From NCBI GenBank assembly GCA_964473815.1, contig CAYYQK010000001.1, positions 881 through 64,880 on the forward strand: 64,000 nucleotides of DNA. Reading direction: 5' to 3'. The position numbers and the translations under genes are program-made. The notes beneath the pieces were generated by a model, which saw nothing but the letters and a program-made list of their open reading frames with translations, did no database searches and had not been told where the DNA came from. Below are positions 28,693 to 37,906 of this stretch, one piece after another. Source of the stretch: an uncultured Candidatus Saccharibacteria bacterium (GTDB taxonomy: Bacteria; Patescibacteriota; Doudnabacteria; UBA920). The number at the start of each line of letters is the position of its first letter. Position 1 is the stretch's first letter.

Positions 28693-30533
28693 GTTTATTC
28701 TCACTAAAGAAAGATGATTTAACTGCTAAGCGTCAGGAGCTTGAGCATTTAAAGGGGCAAATTTCCGCCGATGCAAAACTCGCCGAAGTCGAGCAAGATT
28801 TTCGCGAAGGTTTAACAACCTTAAAAGATTTACTCGCTCCATCAAGTTTAAAATTTACTGGTAATTATTTTGAAATTAACGGTAAATTTGCGCGGACGTT
28901 TTTTGCCTTGGCTTACCCAAGGTTTTTGTCATCGAACTGGCTTAGCTTTATCATCAACTCGGAAAGTGCCTTAGATGTGTCGATGTTTATTTATCCGGTC
29001 GATAGTGCTGTGGTCATGAAAAAATTGAAGTCCAAGGTAGGGGAAATCGGCTCGCAAATTATTGTTGAGCAGGAAAAAGGTTTAGTGCGTAATCCATTGC
29101 TGGAAACAGCGTATCACGATGTTGAAGAGCTTCGCGATTCTTTGCAACAGGGAACAGAACGATATTTCCGTTTCGCATTGTACTTTACTCTATATTCCGA
29201 CACACTTGAAGAACTCGACAAGAATTCAAATATTTTAGAAAGCGCACTGGGTGCAAAACTAGTTGTGACAAAGCGCGCCATGCTTTCCACTGAGCCTGGG
29301 TTTAACTCCACTCTTCCTCTTGGCCTTGATGAACTCGATATTGCCAATAACTTAAACACTTCGCCGCTGTCGAGCACTTTTCCTTTCGTGTCTTCGGATT
29401 TAACCGGTAATGATGGAATTTTATATGGGATTAATCGGCACAACAATAGTTTGATTTTATTTGATCGCTTCCAAATGGAAAACGCTAATTTTGTGGTATT
29501 CGCAAAATCTGGTGCTGGAAAATCTTACTCAGTTAAACTAGAAATTTTACGTTCGCTCATGGTTGGTACTGAAGTTATCGTCATTGACCCGGAAAACGAG
29601 TATCAACATTTGGCCGAAGCTGTTGGCGGAACGTTCCTAAACATTTCACTCAACTCAGATTTCCGCATCAACCCTTTCGATTTACCAGTTGGCGTAAAGG
29701 ACGAAGAGCCTGCCGATATTTTGCGCAGTGCAATTATTAACCTGCTCGGCTTGATGAATTTAGTGTTGGGCGATTTAGACCCAACCGAGGAAGCGTTGCT
29801 CGACAAAGCGATGTGGGCTACATACGCGAAAAAAGATATTACCGAAACAACTGACTTCAGAACTGCAGAAATGCCTGTGATGGCAGACTTAATTGAAGTT
29901 TTGTCTGGCACGGTGGGAGCGGAAAGCCTAGCACAAAGATTAGAAAAATTTACTAGCGGGACATTTGCTGGGTTGCTTAACCAACCAACTAATGTCCAGT
30001 TAAACAACCAACTATTAGTCTTTTCTATTCGCGATCTGGAAGATCAACTGCGCCCGATCGCAATGTATATTATTCTTGGCCATATCTGGAACTTAGTTCG
30101 TAGTGAACTAAAGAAGCGCATTTTGGTTTTGGATGAAGCCTGGATTATGATGCAGCATGAAGATTCAGCTAGATTTGTATTCAGTATTGCCAAACGTGCC
30201 CGCAAATATTACCTTGGGCTTACTACCATCACTCAGGACGTTGCCGACTTTATGGCTAGTCCGTATGGTAAACCAATCGTAACTAACTCATCAATTCAGT
30301 TACTGCTCAAGCAAAGCCCGGCTGCCATTGATATAGTCGCCGAAACTTTCTTCTTAACCGAAGGCGAAAAATATTTACTACTCGAGAGCGATGTTGGCGA
30401 AGGAATTTTCTTTGCTGGTTTAAAGCACGCTGCTATCAAGATTTACGCTTCGTATGTTGAGGACCAGATCATTACAACAGATCCGAAACAGTTGCTTGAA
30501 ATCGAAGAGAGTAAAGAACAATTAAAGAGTTAA
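28689..30533 (+). CDS. virB4: VirB4-like T4SS ATPase
   Basis: Walker A AKSGAGKS, VIDPENEY, INPFD, Walker B LVLDEAW, RARKY..TITQ. Confidence 0.9.
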   Translation: MSLFSLKKDDLTAKRQELEHLKGQISADAKLAEVEQDFREGLTTLKDLLAPSSLKFTGNYFEINGKFARTFFALAYPRFLSSNWLSFIINSESALDVSMFIYPVDSAVVMKKLKSKVGEIGSQIIVEQEKGLVRNPLLETAYHDVEELRDSLQQGTERYFRFALYFTLYSDTLEELDKNSNILESALGAKLVVTKRAMLSTEPGFNSTLPLGLDELDIANNLNTSPLSSTFPFVSSDLTGNDGILYGINRHNNSLILFDRFQMENANFVVFAKSGAGKSYSVKLEILRSLMVGTEVIVIDPENEYQHLAEAVGGTFLNISLNSDFRINPFDLPVGVKDEEPADILRSAIINLLGLMNLVLGDLDPTEEALLDKAMWATYAKKDITETTDFRTAEMPVMADLIEVLSGTVGAESLAQRLEKFTSGTFAGLLNQPTNVQLNNQLLVFSIRDLEDQLRPIAMYIILGHIWNLVRSELKKRILVLDEAWIMMQHEDSARFVFSIAKRARKYYLGLTTITQDVADFMASPYGKPIVTNSSIQLLLKQSPAAIDIVAETFFLTEGEKYLLLESDVGEGIFFAGLKHAAIKIYASYVEDQIITTDPKQLLEIEESKEQLKS

Positions 30534-30534
30534 T

Positions 30535-31635
30535 ATGTTTTTGGACGACGACCGCGATTTCTCTTCGTCCTCGGACGCAGTTCGTCGAGCGGACGATGAG
30601 CTTTTTAATGATGGTTCGACCGTTGCAGATTCTGAATATCAAAGCACTAACGAATACGGTCAGCAAGATCCAGATTATCAGGCTTATCGGCAGTCAGAGC
30701 AGCAACAGGAACGCAAACGTAGTTTATTAGAAGAAGCCAAACGACAAGCTCGACGAGGTCGGGCAACTGTACAAAACACAGTTCCTAAAAAACTTGGAGA
30801 AGCATTAGGTGATAAGCACATGTTCCGAGATGATACAGACGAAGCACGCGAAAGAGCCAAAGAAATAGCCAGAAAAAAGGCGCGCAAAGCCGCCTCTGAT
30901 TTTATTGGCGACAAAGTTGCTGACAAAGGCCTGAAGACAGGAATGCGTAAAGCGCTGTCTAAAGAAGCGGGCGCTACTGCTAAAGCAGGGGCGAAAAAAG
31001 CCGCGCAGTCGGTTGCTAAAGGCGCAGCAAAAACTGGTGCAGAAACCGCAGCTAAGGAAGGGGTAAAGGCGGGAGCGAAACTCGCAGCTGATAATATTGG
31101 AACAGCTGTTGGTGCAGCTACTGGTGTGGAAACATTTGGATTTGGGTTTTTACTTGGATTATTGATTAATATCGCGGTCAGCTTAGGAGTGAATGATGTT
31201 GTTGATGCAGCCTTTGAATTAAGTAGTGGAAATTTTAAGCGCGCCCGCTTTTTATACATTAGAGGTGGTACACGAGTCGGTATATTTGTTATTTTCTTAT
31301 TAGTCATAATCGGGATGTTAACCATTGGAGGGATGATCGCAGCAATACCAGCATTATTTGCCTTAAACATTTACATGATTTTAGGAAAAATTTATCCGAA
31401 TTTTGCGCCACTGCAAGGTATAGTCTGGTGGGAAGCAGCGATAATTATTATCATTGATATTTTTGCAATTTTAATAGCCTTTGCATTTATAATGAGCTTG
31501 GGTTGGTATTTGTGCAATGGTGTAGGTACTACGGCGGTCGCTGTGTATAACTGGTGGAGCCCAAGTGCTGCCGGAAGTGTGGCAGCTCAATTCTGTAAAT
31601 TTGTTAATACTGTTGCTGGAACCATTAAGCCGTAA
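30535..31635 (+). CDS. Hypothetical membrane protein (charged N-terminus, Ala/Lys/Gly-rich region, several TMs)
   Basis: Starts immediately after virB4; hydrophobic C-terminal half. Confidence 0.75.
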   Translation: MFLDDDRDFSSSSDAVRRADDELFNDGSTVADSEYQSTNEYGQQDPDYQAYRQSEQQQERKRSLLEEAKRQARRGRATVQNTVPKKLGEALGDKHMFRDDTDEARERAKEIARKKARKAASDFIGDKVADKGLKTGMRKALSKEAGATAKAGAKKAAQSVAKGAAKTGAETAAKEGVKAGAKLAADNIGTAVGAATGVETFGFGFLLGLLINIAVSLGVNDVVDAAFELSSGNFKRARFLYIRGGTRVGIFVIFLLVIIGMLTIGGMIAAIPALFALNIYMILGKIYPNFAPLQGIVWWEAAIIIIIDIFAILIAFAFIMSLGWYLCNGVGTTAVAVYNWWSPSAAGSVAAQFCKFVNTVAGTIKP

Positions 31636-31739
31636 CGAATGTTAAAATTTTGATTTTCATCATCAAAGATGGTATACTATAGAAAATTACAGATCAAGAA
31701 ACAAACAAGAAAAAGCGTTAGCAATAAAAGAAAAATTTT

Positions 31740-32885
31740 GTGAATAAAAGAGCGATTATTATTTTAGGAGCAGTTTTCATCCTGATTGTAGGGGTGTTAG
31801 GTTTTTTGATTTACAAACGCAGCACTTCCAATAGCAATTCCAATACGGTTGCCAATACTAATACTACAACTACACCCGTCCAAACCGAAACTCCGCCACC
31901 AGACAATACGCCTACTACTCCAGCCTCTGCCGCAGTTAGGTTAACTGATGCGGGCGATGCAATTATCACCCCGGCTTTGACTCTCCAGGGCAACGGTATT
32001 GATTATTTAAATACCAAGGGTCAGTTATTCCAAACTGATTATGATGTAACAGGCGGGACTGCCTTGCTAAAAAATAAGCGCGAACTTTCTATTCCTTTAA
32101 AATCCAGCATCTCGCAAATTATTTGGCCAACAGCTGGTAATAATTTTATTGCCCAGTTTAATACTGGCAGCAAGCCAACTTGGAGTGTATTCCAGGCCGA
32201 TAAAGCAGCCTACGCAGACATCCCGTCACAGGTTTATAGTATTGCCTGGATGCCAAGCGGAGACAAAGTGGCCTTTGTATGGGTCGATGGTTCGGGTAAA
32301 GCAACTTTGAACATTGGTAACCCAGACACAACCGGCTATCAATCTTTGTTTCAATTTTATGAATCTGATGACAACATAAGCGTTGCCCCAGATGGCCAAC
32401 ATTTCGCGTTTTGGCGAACACAGACTTCTGATTATTCTAGCAATCAAATTGTAATGGTAGACAAAACTGGGAAGATTTTCAACGTTATCGTAAAGGACGG
32501 ATATAATACTGGTGCAGTATGGAGTCCGGACAGCAAAAAGATTTTGTTTAATAAGCGGGATCCAAGTTCACAAAAGATGGCTCTTTGGGAAGCCGATGTA
32601 ACAACTGGTGAAACTAAAAATCTAAACGTAGATACAACCTTAGATAAAGTTCTTTGGTCCCGTGACGGCTTTACTGTTTTTGCGGGCGTGCCAAATACCG
32701 GAACTGCCGGACAAGGTTTAACGCAAGATACAATTTATAAAATCAATACTACTTCCGGTGATCAAAAGAAATTTGAACCTGGCTTAGCTGTAGACGCCCG
32801 TGCTTTGTTATTGAGCACAGATTTCTCTATTTTGTTCTTCCTCAACGCTCAAGACAATTCTCTGTACTATATTCCTGTAAACTAA
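31740..32885 (+). CDS. Membrane-anchored TolB-like beta-propeller protein
   Basis: TM, Thr/Pro linker, repeats WMPSGDK/APDGQH/WSPDSKK/WSRDG. Confidence 0.8.
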   Translation: MNKRAIIILGAVFILIVGVLGFLIYKRSTSNSNSNTVANTNTTTTPVQTETPPPDNTPTTPASAAVRLTDAGDAIITPALTLQGNGIDYLNTKGQLFQTDYDVTGGTALLKNKRELSIPLKSSISQIIWPTAGNNFIAQFNTGSKPTWSVFQADKAAYADIPSQVYSIAWMPSGDKVAFVWVDGSGKATLNIGNPDTTGYQSLFQFYESDDNISVAPDGQHFAFWRTQTSDYSSNQIVMVDKTGKIFNVIVKDGYNTGAVWSPDSKKILFNKRDPSSQKMALWEADVTTGETKNLNVDTTLDKVLWSRDGFTVFAGVPNTGTAGQGLTQDTIYKINTTSGDQKKFEPGLAVDARALLLSTDFSILFFLNAQDNSLYYIPVN

Positions 32886-32995
32886 AAAGTCCCGCATAGA
32901 TATTCCCTAAGAGTACTATCTGCGCCCAAATGGGAGGCCTTTAGGCCGAACCATGTAGCGCATCTAGTACTCGTGGGAATGCTATGTGGGCTTTT
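32885..32995 (+). other. Long imperfect RNA hairpin (~110 nt)
   Basis: Nested stems CCCGCATAG, TATTCCC, GAGTACTA, TGCGC, ATGG and GGCC, with G.U pairs on the plus strand. Confidence 0.6.
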
Positions 32996-33054
32996 AATTT
33001 CTTAAGGAAAATTTTAAGTAGAATCGGGGCTAGGCGTGTGGTAAGATTAGAATA

Positions 33055-34374
33055 ATGGCACAGTTGAAAAAACAATTTGTTTGCACTAACTGCGGTAATA
33101 CATCGCTAAAATGGCAGGGCAGATGCCCGCAATGTGGTGAATGGAATACTTTAGAGGAACAGCTTGTAAGGGGCTCTTCTAAGGGCAGTTTTGGCAGTTC
33201 AGGAAGTGCTGCGGTGGCAGGGCAGGTGCAGAAGCTTTCTGAAGTTTCTTCTGAACGACAACCGCGGTTTTCTTCAGGCCTCGCTGAATTTGATCAGGTG
33301 CTCGGGGGCGGAATTGTCCCTGGCAGTTTGATGTTGCTCGGTGGAGATCCAGGCATTGGAAAATCTACTTTAGCTTTGCAACTTGCCAGTAATATTGCTG
33401 ATCAAAAAGATAGCAAAGAAGTGTTGTATATTTCCGGAGAGGAATCTGCTCAACAAATTAAAATGAGAAGTGCTCGTTTGGTAGGCAGTAGCGACATTGA
33501 TGTCCTTACAGAAACAGATTTAGAAATCGTTCTTTCTACTATTGCAGCAGTAAAGCCGCAGGTAGCTATTATTGATTCAATTCAAACCTTAAATTCACAA
33601 TCAGTAAATGGTGTGGTCGGCGGCGTATCCCAACTTTCGTATGCTACAAATGCCTTAATGCGCCTGGCTAAAGAGCATCATGTAGCCATTGTACTTATTG
33701 GTCATGTAACAAAAGAGGGTATGTTGGCTGGTCCAAAGACCATTGAACACATGGTAGATGTGGTGTTGTATTTGGAAGGGGATCGATTTGGTAATTTGCG
33801 CTTGCTTCGTAGTAGTAAGAACCGCTTCGGCAGTGTTGGCGAAGTTGGTATTTTTGATATGACTGAAACCGGTTTAATTGAAGTCCCGAACCCGGCAGCG
33901 ATGTTTTTAGAGCATCGCGATAAACCTTTGCCAGGAAGCTGTGTTACGGCAGTCTTGGAAGGGAATAAGGTTCTGCTTGTCGAAGTTCAGGCTTTGACTA
34001 ACACTACGAACTTGAGTTATCCGCGGCGCGTGGCTTCTGGCTTTGATGTTAATCGCTTGCAACTTCTATTAGCAATTATGCAAAAAACTTTGGGGATTAA
34101 TTTGTCTAATCAGGATGTATTTGTAAATGTAGCGGGTGGTTTTAAAATAAATGAACGCGCGGCAGACTTGCCAGTCGTAATGGCAATATTGTCATCTTTC
34201 TACGGTAACGCAATTCCTGCCGGAACAATTGCTTTTGGAGAAGTTGGTCTACTTGGTGAAATTCGTGCCGTCTCGCATTTAGAAAAACGTACCAAGGAAG
34301 CAAAAAAACTGGGCTTTACCAAGTTGTTATCCTCGAAAGATACCAGGAATGTGAAAGATTTAAAAGTGAAATAA
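33055..34374 (+). CDS. radA: DNA repair protein RadA/Sms
   Basis: C4 zinc finger, GGDPGIGKST, KNRFG, Lon-like C-terminus. Confidence 0.97.
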   Translation: MAQLKKQFVCTNCGNTSLKWQGRCPQCGEWNTLEEQLVRGSSKGSFGSSGSAAVAGQVQKLSEVSSERQPRFSSGLAEFDQVLGGGIVPGSLMLLGGDPGIGKSTLALQLASNIADQKDSKEVLYISGEESAQQIKMRSARLVGSSDIDVLTETDLEIVLSTIAAVKPQVAIIDSIQTLNSQSVNGVVGGVSQLSYATNALMRLAKEHHVAIVLIGHVTKEGMLAGPKTIEHMVDVVLYLEGDRFGNLRLLRSSKNRFGSVGEVGIFDMTETGLIEVPNPAAMFLEHRDKPLPGSCVTAVLEGNKVLLVEVQALTNTTNLSYPRRVASGFDVNRLQLLLAIMQKTLGINLSNQDVFVNVAGGFKINERAADLPVVMAILSSFYGNAIPAGTIAFGEVGLLGEIRAVSHLEKRTKEAKKLGFTKLLSSKDTRNVKDLKVK

Positions 34375-34390
34375 TTTTTATAAAAAAAGT

Positions 34391-34415
34391 AAGACCCGGC
34401 CTGTGGCTGGGTCTT
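34391..34415. terminator. Bidirectional terminator
   Basis: AAGACCCGGCC/GGCTGGGTCTT hairpin between convergent genes. Confidence 0.75.
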
Positions 34416-34441
34416 GTTTCAAAATCACCGAATGTGGGAAT

Positions 34442-34798
34442 TCACGACGCGTACTGTTGGGAAGACTGAAGCGTCTGAGGGTTGGGATTGCGGTTCGCCT
34501 GGGCAGCAATCGCTGCGTCTCGGGCCGCTCTTCTCATGACATCTTCGTGGCAACCTGTGTGGAAAGTTGTCTTTTTCTCCATTGCGTTACCGTCAGTATC
34601 CTTTACGAGCATGACAGTTTCAGTTCTGTCATTATCGACGAGGGTGAAGCACTTGGGGCATGTGTTGAAGGCCCAGGCACACTTTTGATCGCAGTAGGGT
34701 TTTTTTGCGATTCCGTATAGAAACGGCATCGCTGTAAGGTGTTTGTCGCAGTTTGGGTTCGAACATTTCGAACTCAGATCCAATTTTTTATTCGGCAC
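34442..34798 (-). CDS. Small Cys-rich putative zinc-finger protein
   Basis: CxxxxC, CxxxC, CxxC and HxxC motifs; AGGAG SD; TTGACG-N17-TATAAA promoter. Confidence 0.6.
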   Translation of the reverse strand: MPNKKLDLSSKCSNPNCDKHLTAMPFLYGIAKKPYCDQKCAWAFNTCPKCFTLVDNDRTETVMLVKDTDGNAMEKKTTFHTGCHEDVMRRAARDAAIAAQANRNPNPQTLQSSQQYAS

Positions 34799-34915
34799 TA
34801 TTTAAGTCACACTCCTGTTTTTTTTGATTTTGCGCTAATCAACACTCGGGAAATGCTGGGAGTTAATTGGCACCTTATCTTTATACACCAAAATCGGGCC
34901 GCCGTCAATAGAGCC

Positions 34916-37021
34916 TTAATAGCTTATCGATTCTAAATATTCATTTGTCAGCTTAAATAGTTTAGTAGAAATATTTATTAACTTTTTATCTTTTTGGATA
35001 ATTTTTTCAGCAATGTCTCGCGCGGAGATTAAAGCTTTAATACTGATAAATTGTGGGAATCGAAATAGAAAACCACTTTGCTGTTTGCCAAATAAATCCC
35101 CAAATCCACGTTCTTCTAAATCTAATTGCGCCAACACAAATCCGTCGGTTGTTTTGCTTAAAGCTCGCAAGCGCTTTAGATCTTGATGATTTGGTTCTGT
35201 AGTAAACAAGAAACATTTGCAATCAAAACTGTTGCGACCAATTCTGCCTCGTAACTGATGCAATTGCGCCAAGCCAAACCTTTCACTACCCTCAATAATC
35301 ATGCTCGTGGCATTTGGTATGTCGATGCCAATTTCAATTACAGAAGTGCTTACTAGTACATTCAATTTTCCGGAAGCAAAATCAGCCATGACCTGATCTT
35401 TCTCCGCGGCTTTCATTTTGCCATAAAGCAATCCTAGTTTTAGATCGGGGAATATTTCTGTTTGCAATCGTGCAAACTCTTTCTTTACAGAACGGACTTC
35501 GCTCAAGCTTGTAGTTTTAGTTGATTCTTCCACGCGCGGCGTGACCACAAAAGCTTGTCTACCTTCTCCCGCTTCACGCCTCACAAAATCATAAGCTTTC
35601 TCACGTTCACTTTCTGGCACAACCTCTGTCTGAACGGGTTTGCGTCCCGTTGGAACTTGCTTCAAAACCGAGACATTTAAATCTGCATACAATGACTGTG
35701 CAAGCGTACGTGGAATCGGTGTGGCTGACATGCCCAGCATATGCGGCGTAATCCCAGCGCCATGTAATAATAAACTGCGTTGGTCTACGCCAAAACGATG
35801 CTGTTCATCAACAATTACTAAACCCAACTTTTTAAAATTGATATTTTCTTGAAGTAATGCGTGCGTCCCAATTGCAATTTTAATCTCGCCATCTGCCAGT
35901 TTGTTCAAAATTGCATCACGACCAAAACCATCGTTCGCGTCAGATGCATTACTGCTATCACCGCTTTCTGCAAAAGTGCGAGTCAAAAGTGCTACTCCTG
36001 ACTTTGTTCCTAAAATATCGCCAAAAGTATCATAATGTTGTTTGGCTAAAATTTCTGTTGGCGCTAGCACTACACATTGCAGTCCAGCCCCTGCTGTTTG
36101 TAAGGCTGCCAAAATTGCCACAATAGTTTTACCGCTTCCTACATCGCCCTGAAGTAACCGATTCATTGGGCGGCCAGTTTCCAAATCCTGAAAAACATCC
36201 CAGGCTGCGCGCTTTTGAGAAGCCGTCAGCTCAAAAGGCAAGGTCTTTAAAAAGCTTTTAACTTTTTCTATATCGACTACAACTTTGTGACCTTTGGTTT
36301 TCATCCACTCAGCCTTGCGCATTTGCGCAGCTAGCTGCTGTGGCAGTACGTCGTCCACTGCGATTCGAAACCGAGATTCGCTAATCTGTTCTTCGGTTTC
36401 GGGAAAATGCAATAATCTCACGGCTTCAGCAATTGGCATCAATCCTTCGCTTTGCGCCAATTCTACTCCTACAAAATCTTCTAACTCACTAGCTGTACTC
36501 AAAACCGATTTTATCAAACGCCGCATTGTCCTTAAGGGCACCAAATCTGCTCGCCTGTAAACAGGAACCAAGCGCCCAGTGTGCAAGTTAATCGGATTGC
36601 CATCCTCATCTTCCCGGAGTTTTTCGTAAACAGGATTTGTTAATTGCAATGCTTTGTATCGCCCAACTTTTCCTGAGACAATCAATTCATCACCAACATT
36701 AATTTGCTTCGCAATATATGATTGATTAAACCAAACTGCTTTAATAGTCCCCGTACCATCTTCTAGAGTTGCTTCTGCATACGACATGCGCCCGCGAAAA
36801 CCCATATTCGCTCGCACACTCTTCACCCGCGCAACGATTGTCACAATATCATTTTCTTCGGCTTGGGCAATATTAACTTTCTTGCGAAAGTCCATATATC
36901 GGGTAGGGAAGTTGTACAACAAGTCTGCGACAGTCTCAATTTCTAAAATAGAAAAAGCCTTGGTAAGCTGCGGGCCAACCAAAGGCAATTCAGTAATGTT
37001 TGTATCTAAAGTATATGTCAT
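34916..37021 (-). CDS. recG: ATP-dependent DNA helicase RecG
   Basis: LLQGDVGSGKT, DEQHRFG, SATPIPRT and QLHQLRGRIGR motifs. True ATG at 37021. Confidence 0.96.
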   Translation of the reverse strand: MTYTLDTNITELPLVGPQLTKAFSILEIETVADLLYNFPTRYMDFRKKVNIAQAEENDIVTIVARVKSVRANMGFRGRMSYAEATLEDGTGTIKAVWFNQSYIAKQINVGDELIVSGKVGRYKALQLTNPVYEKLREDEDGNPINLHTGRLVPVYRRADLVPLRTMRRLIKSVLSTASELEDFVGVELAQSEGLMPIAEAVRLLHFPETEEQISESRFRIAVDDVLPQQLAAQMRKAEWMKTKGHKVVVDIEKVKSFLKTLPFELTASQKRAAWDVFQDLETGRPMNRLLQGDVGSGKTIVAILAALQTAGAGLQCVVLAPTEILAKQHYDTFGDILGTKSGVALLTRTFAESGDSSNASDANDGFGRDAILNKLADGEIKIAIGTHALLQENINFKKLGLVIVDEQHRFGVDQRSLLLHGAGITPHMLGMSATPIPRTLAQSLYADLNVSVLKQVPTGRKPVQTEVVPESEREKAYDFVRREAGEGRQAFVVTPRVEESTKTTSLSEVRSVKKEFARLQTEIFPDLKLGLLYGKMKAAEKDQVMADFASGKLNVLVSTSVIEIGIDIPNATSMIIEGSERFGLAQLHQLRGRIGRNSFDCKCFLFTTEPNHQDLKRLRALSKTTDGFVLAQLDLEERGFGDLFGKQQSGFLFRFPQFISIKALISARDIAEKIIQKDKKLINISTKLFKLTNEYLESISY

Positions 37022-37022
37022 G

Positions 37023-37098
37023 TGGTGCTCCCGGCAGGGATCGAACCTGCGGCCTTTCCCTCCGGAGGGGAACGCTCTATCCACTGAGCTACGGAAGC
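37023..37098 (-). tRNA. tRNA-Arg(CCG)
   Basis: Canonical 76-nt cloverleaf, loop CTCCGGA, encoded CCA. Confidence 0.95.
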
Positions 37099-37122
37099 GG
37101 GGGCCGCACGCGGCAGCGGAAT

Positions 37123-37596
37123 TTAGAATTTAAATCGATGGGCAATGCGCTGCGATGCAGTCTCGTCAGGATCTTCCTTTTCGGGCAACAGTTCTTCAAG
37201 TAGTTCCTGAATTTCATCTGCATCTTGCTCGTGCAATTCAATGGATAGCAGGTGATTTAAATAGGCGGTAGTTTCGATGTTTAAAGTTTTGTGGCGCTCG
37301 TTATCGACAATCCAAAATTGTTTGATGCGATTATAGGGAATGTGAGTGTCGTCAATATGCACGCCGTGCGTACTGATTTGCATCTTGATGATTTTTGGCC
37401 GATGCAGTGCAAACGCTACAAACAAAATTGCAATAATAACCAAACTAATAGCTCCGAACCAATCGTGCTGAAAGAGTTCGTAAGCCAATATCAAGGCTAC
37501 TATTATTCCTAAGGTTATGAACCACGCCGCATTCTTCGGATAGTGCCGAAACTCGGGTGCTTCCCACTCAATTATTGTTTCTGGTTGCTTTGCCAT
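37123..37596 (-). CDS. DUF5673-like 2-TM plus PH-like domain protein
   Basis: WEAPEF..YPK..WF, two TMs, PYNRIKQFW. Confidence 0.75.
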   Translation of the reverse strand: MAKQPETIIEWEAPEFRHYPKNAAWFITLGIIVALILAYELFQHDWFGAISLVIIAILFVAFALHRPKIIKMQISTHGVHIDDTHIPYNRIKQFWIVDNERHKTLNIETTAYLNHLLSIELHEQDADEIQELLEELLPEKEDPDETASQRIAHRFKF

Positions 37597-37625
37597 TTTA
37601 TTTTTATTGTGCTGTAAATGCACTC

Positions 37626-37714
<89 letters not shown>

Positions 37715-37769
37715 AGGTCGTAAATATTGAGGTTAACCGTTATATTATAACATCTTTGGACAGATAAAA

Positions 37770-37805
37770 CAAAAACAGGCCGCACTCTAGATTTGGCCTG
37801 TTTTT
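37770..37805. terminator. Intrinsic terminator
   Basis: AAAAACAGGCC/GGCCTGTTTTT inverted repeat. Confidence 0.7.
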
Positions 37806-37906
37806 AGATAAATTCTGTTTCCCGAAGTACTTTCGTTCCGAGAAATTGGTCGGTAATTTTTACAAACCAGTCTCTCGGAGCGAACTCAGGTCAAAATTTA
37901 TTTATT

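Noticed and set aside
30684-31370. 228-aa minus-strand ORF and other long antisense ORFs (e.g. 15890-16357, 51624-52157)
   Set aside because: Shadow frames of well-supported genes on the opposite strand.
32885-32995. SRP 4.5S RNA
   Set aside because: Right size and shape, but the conserved helix-8 CAGG/GNRA/AGCAG motif is absent on both strands.
37022-37084. N-terminal extension of RecG in the ORF track
   Set aside because: It is translated tRNA-Arg sequence; the true start is 37021.
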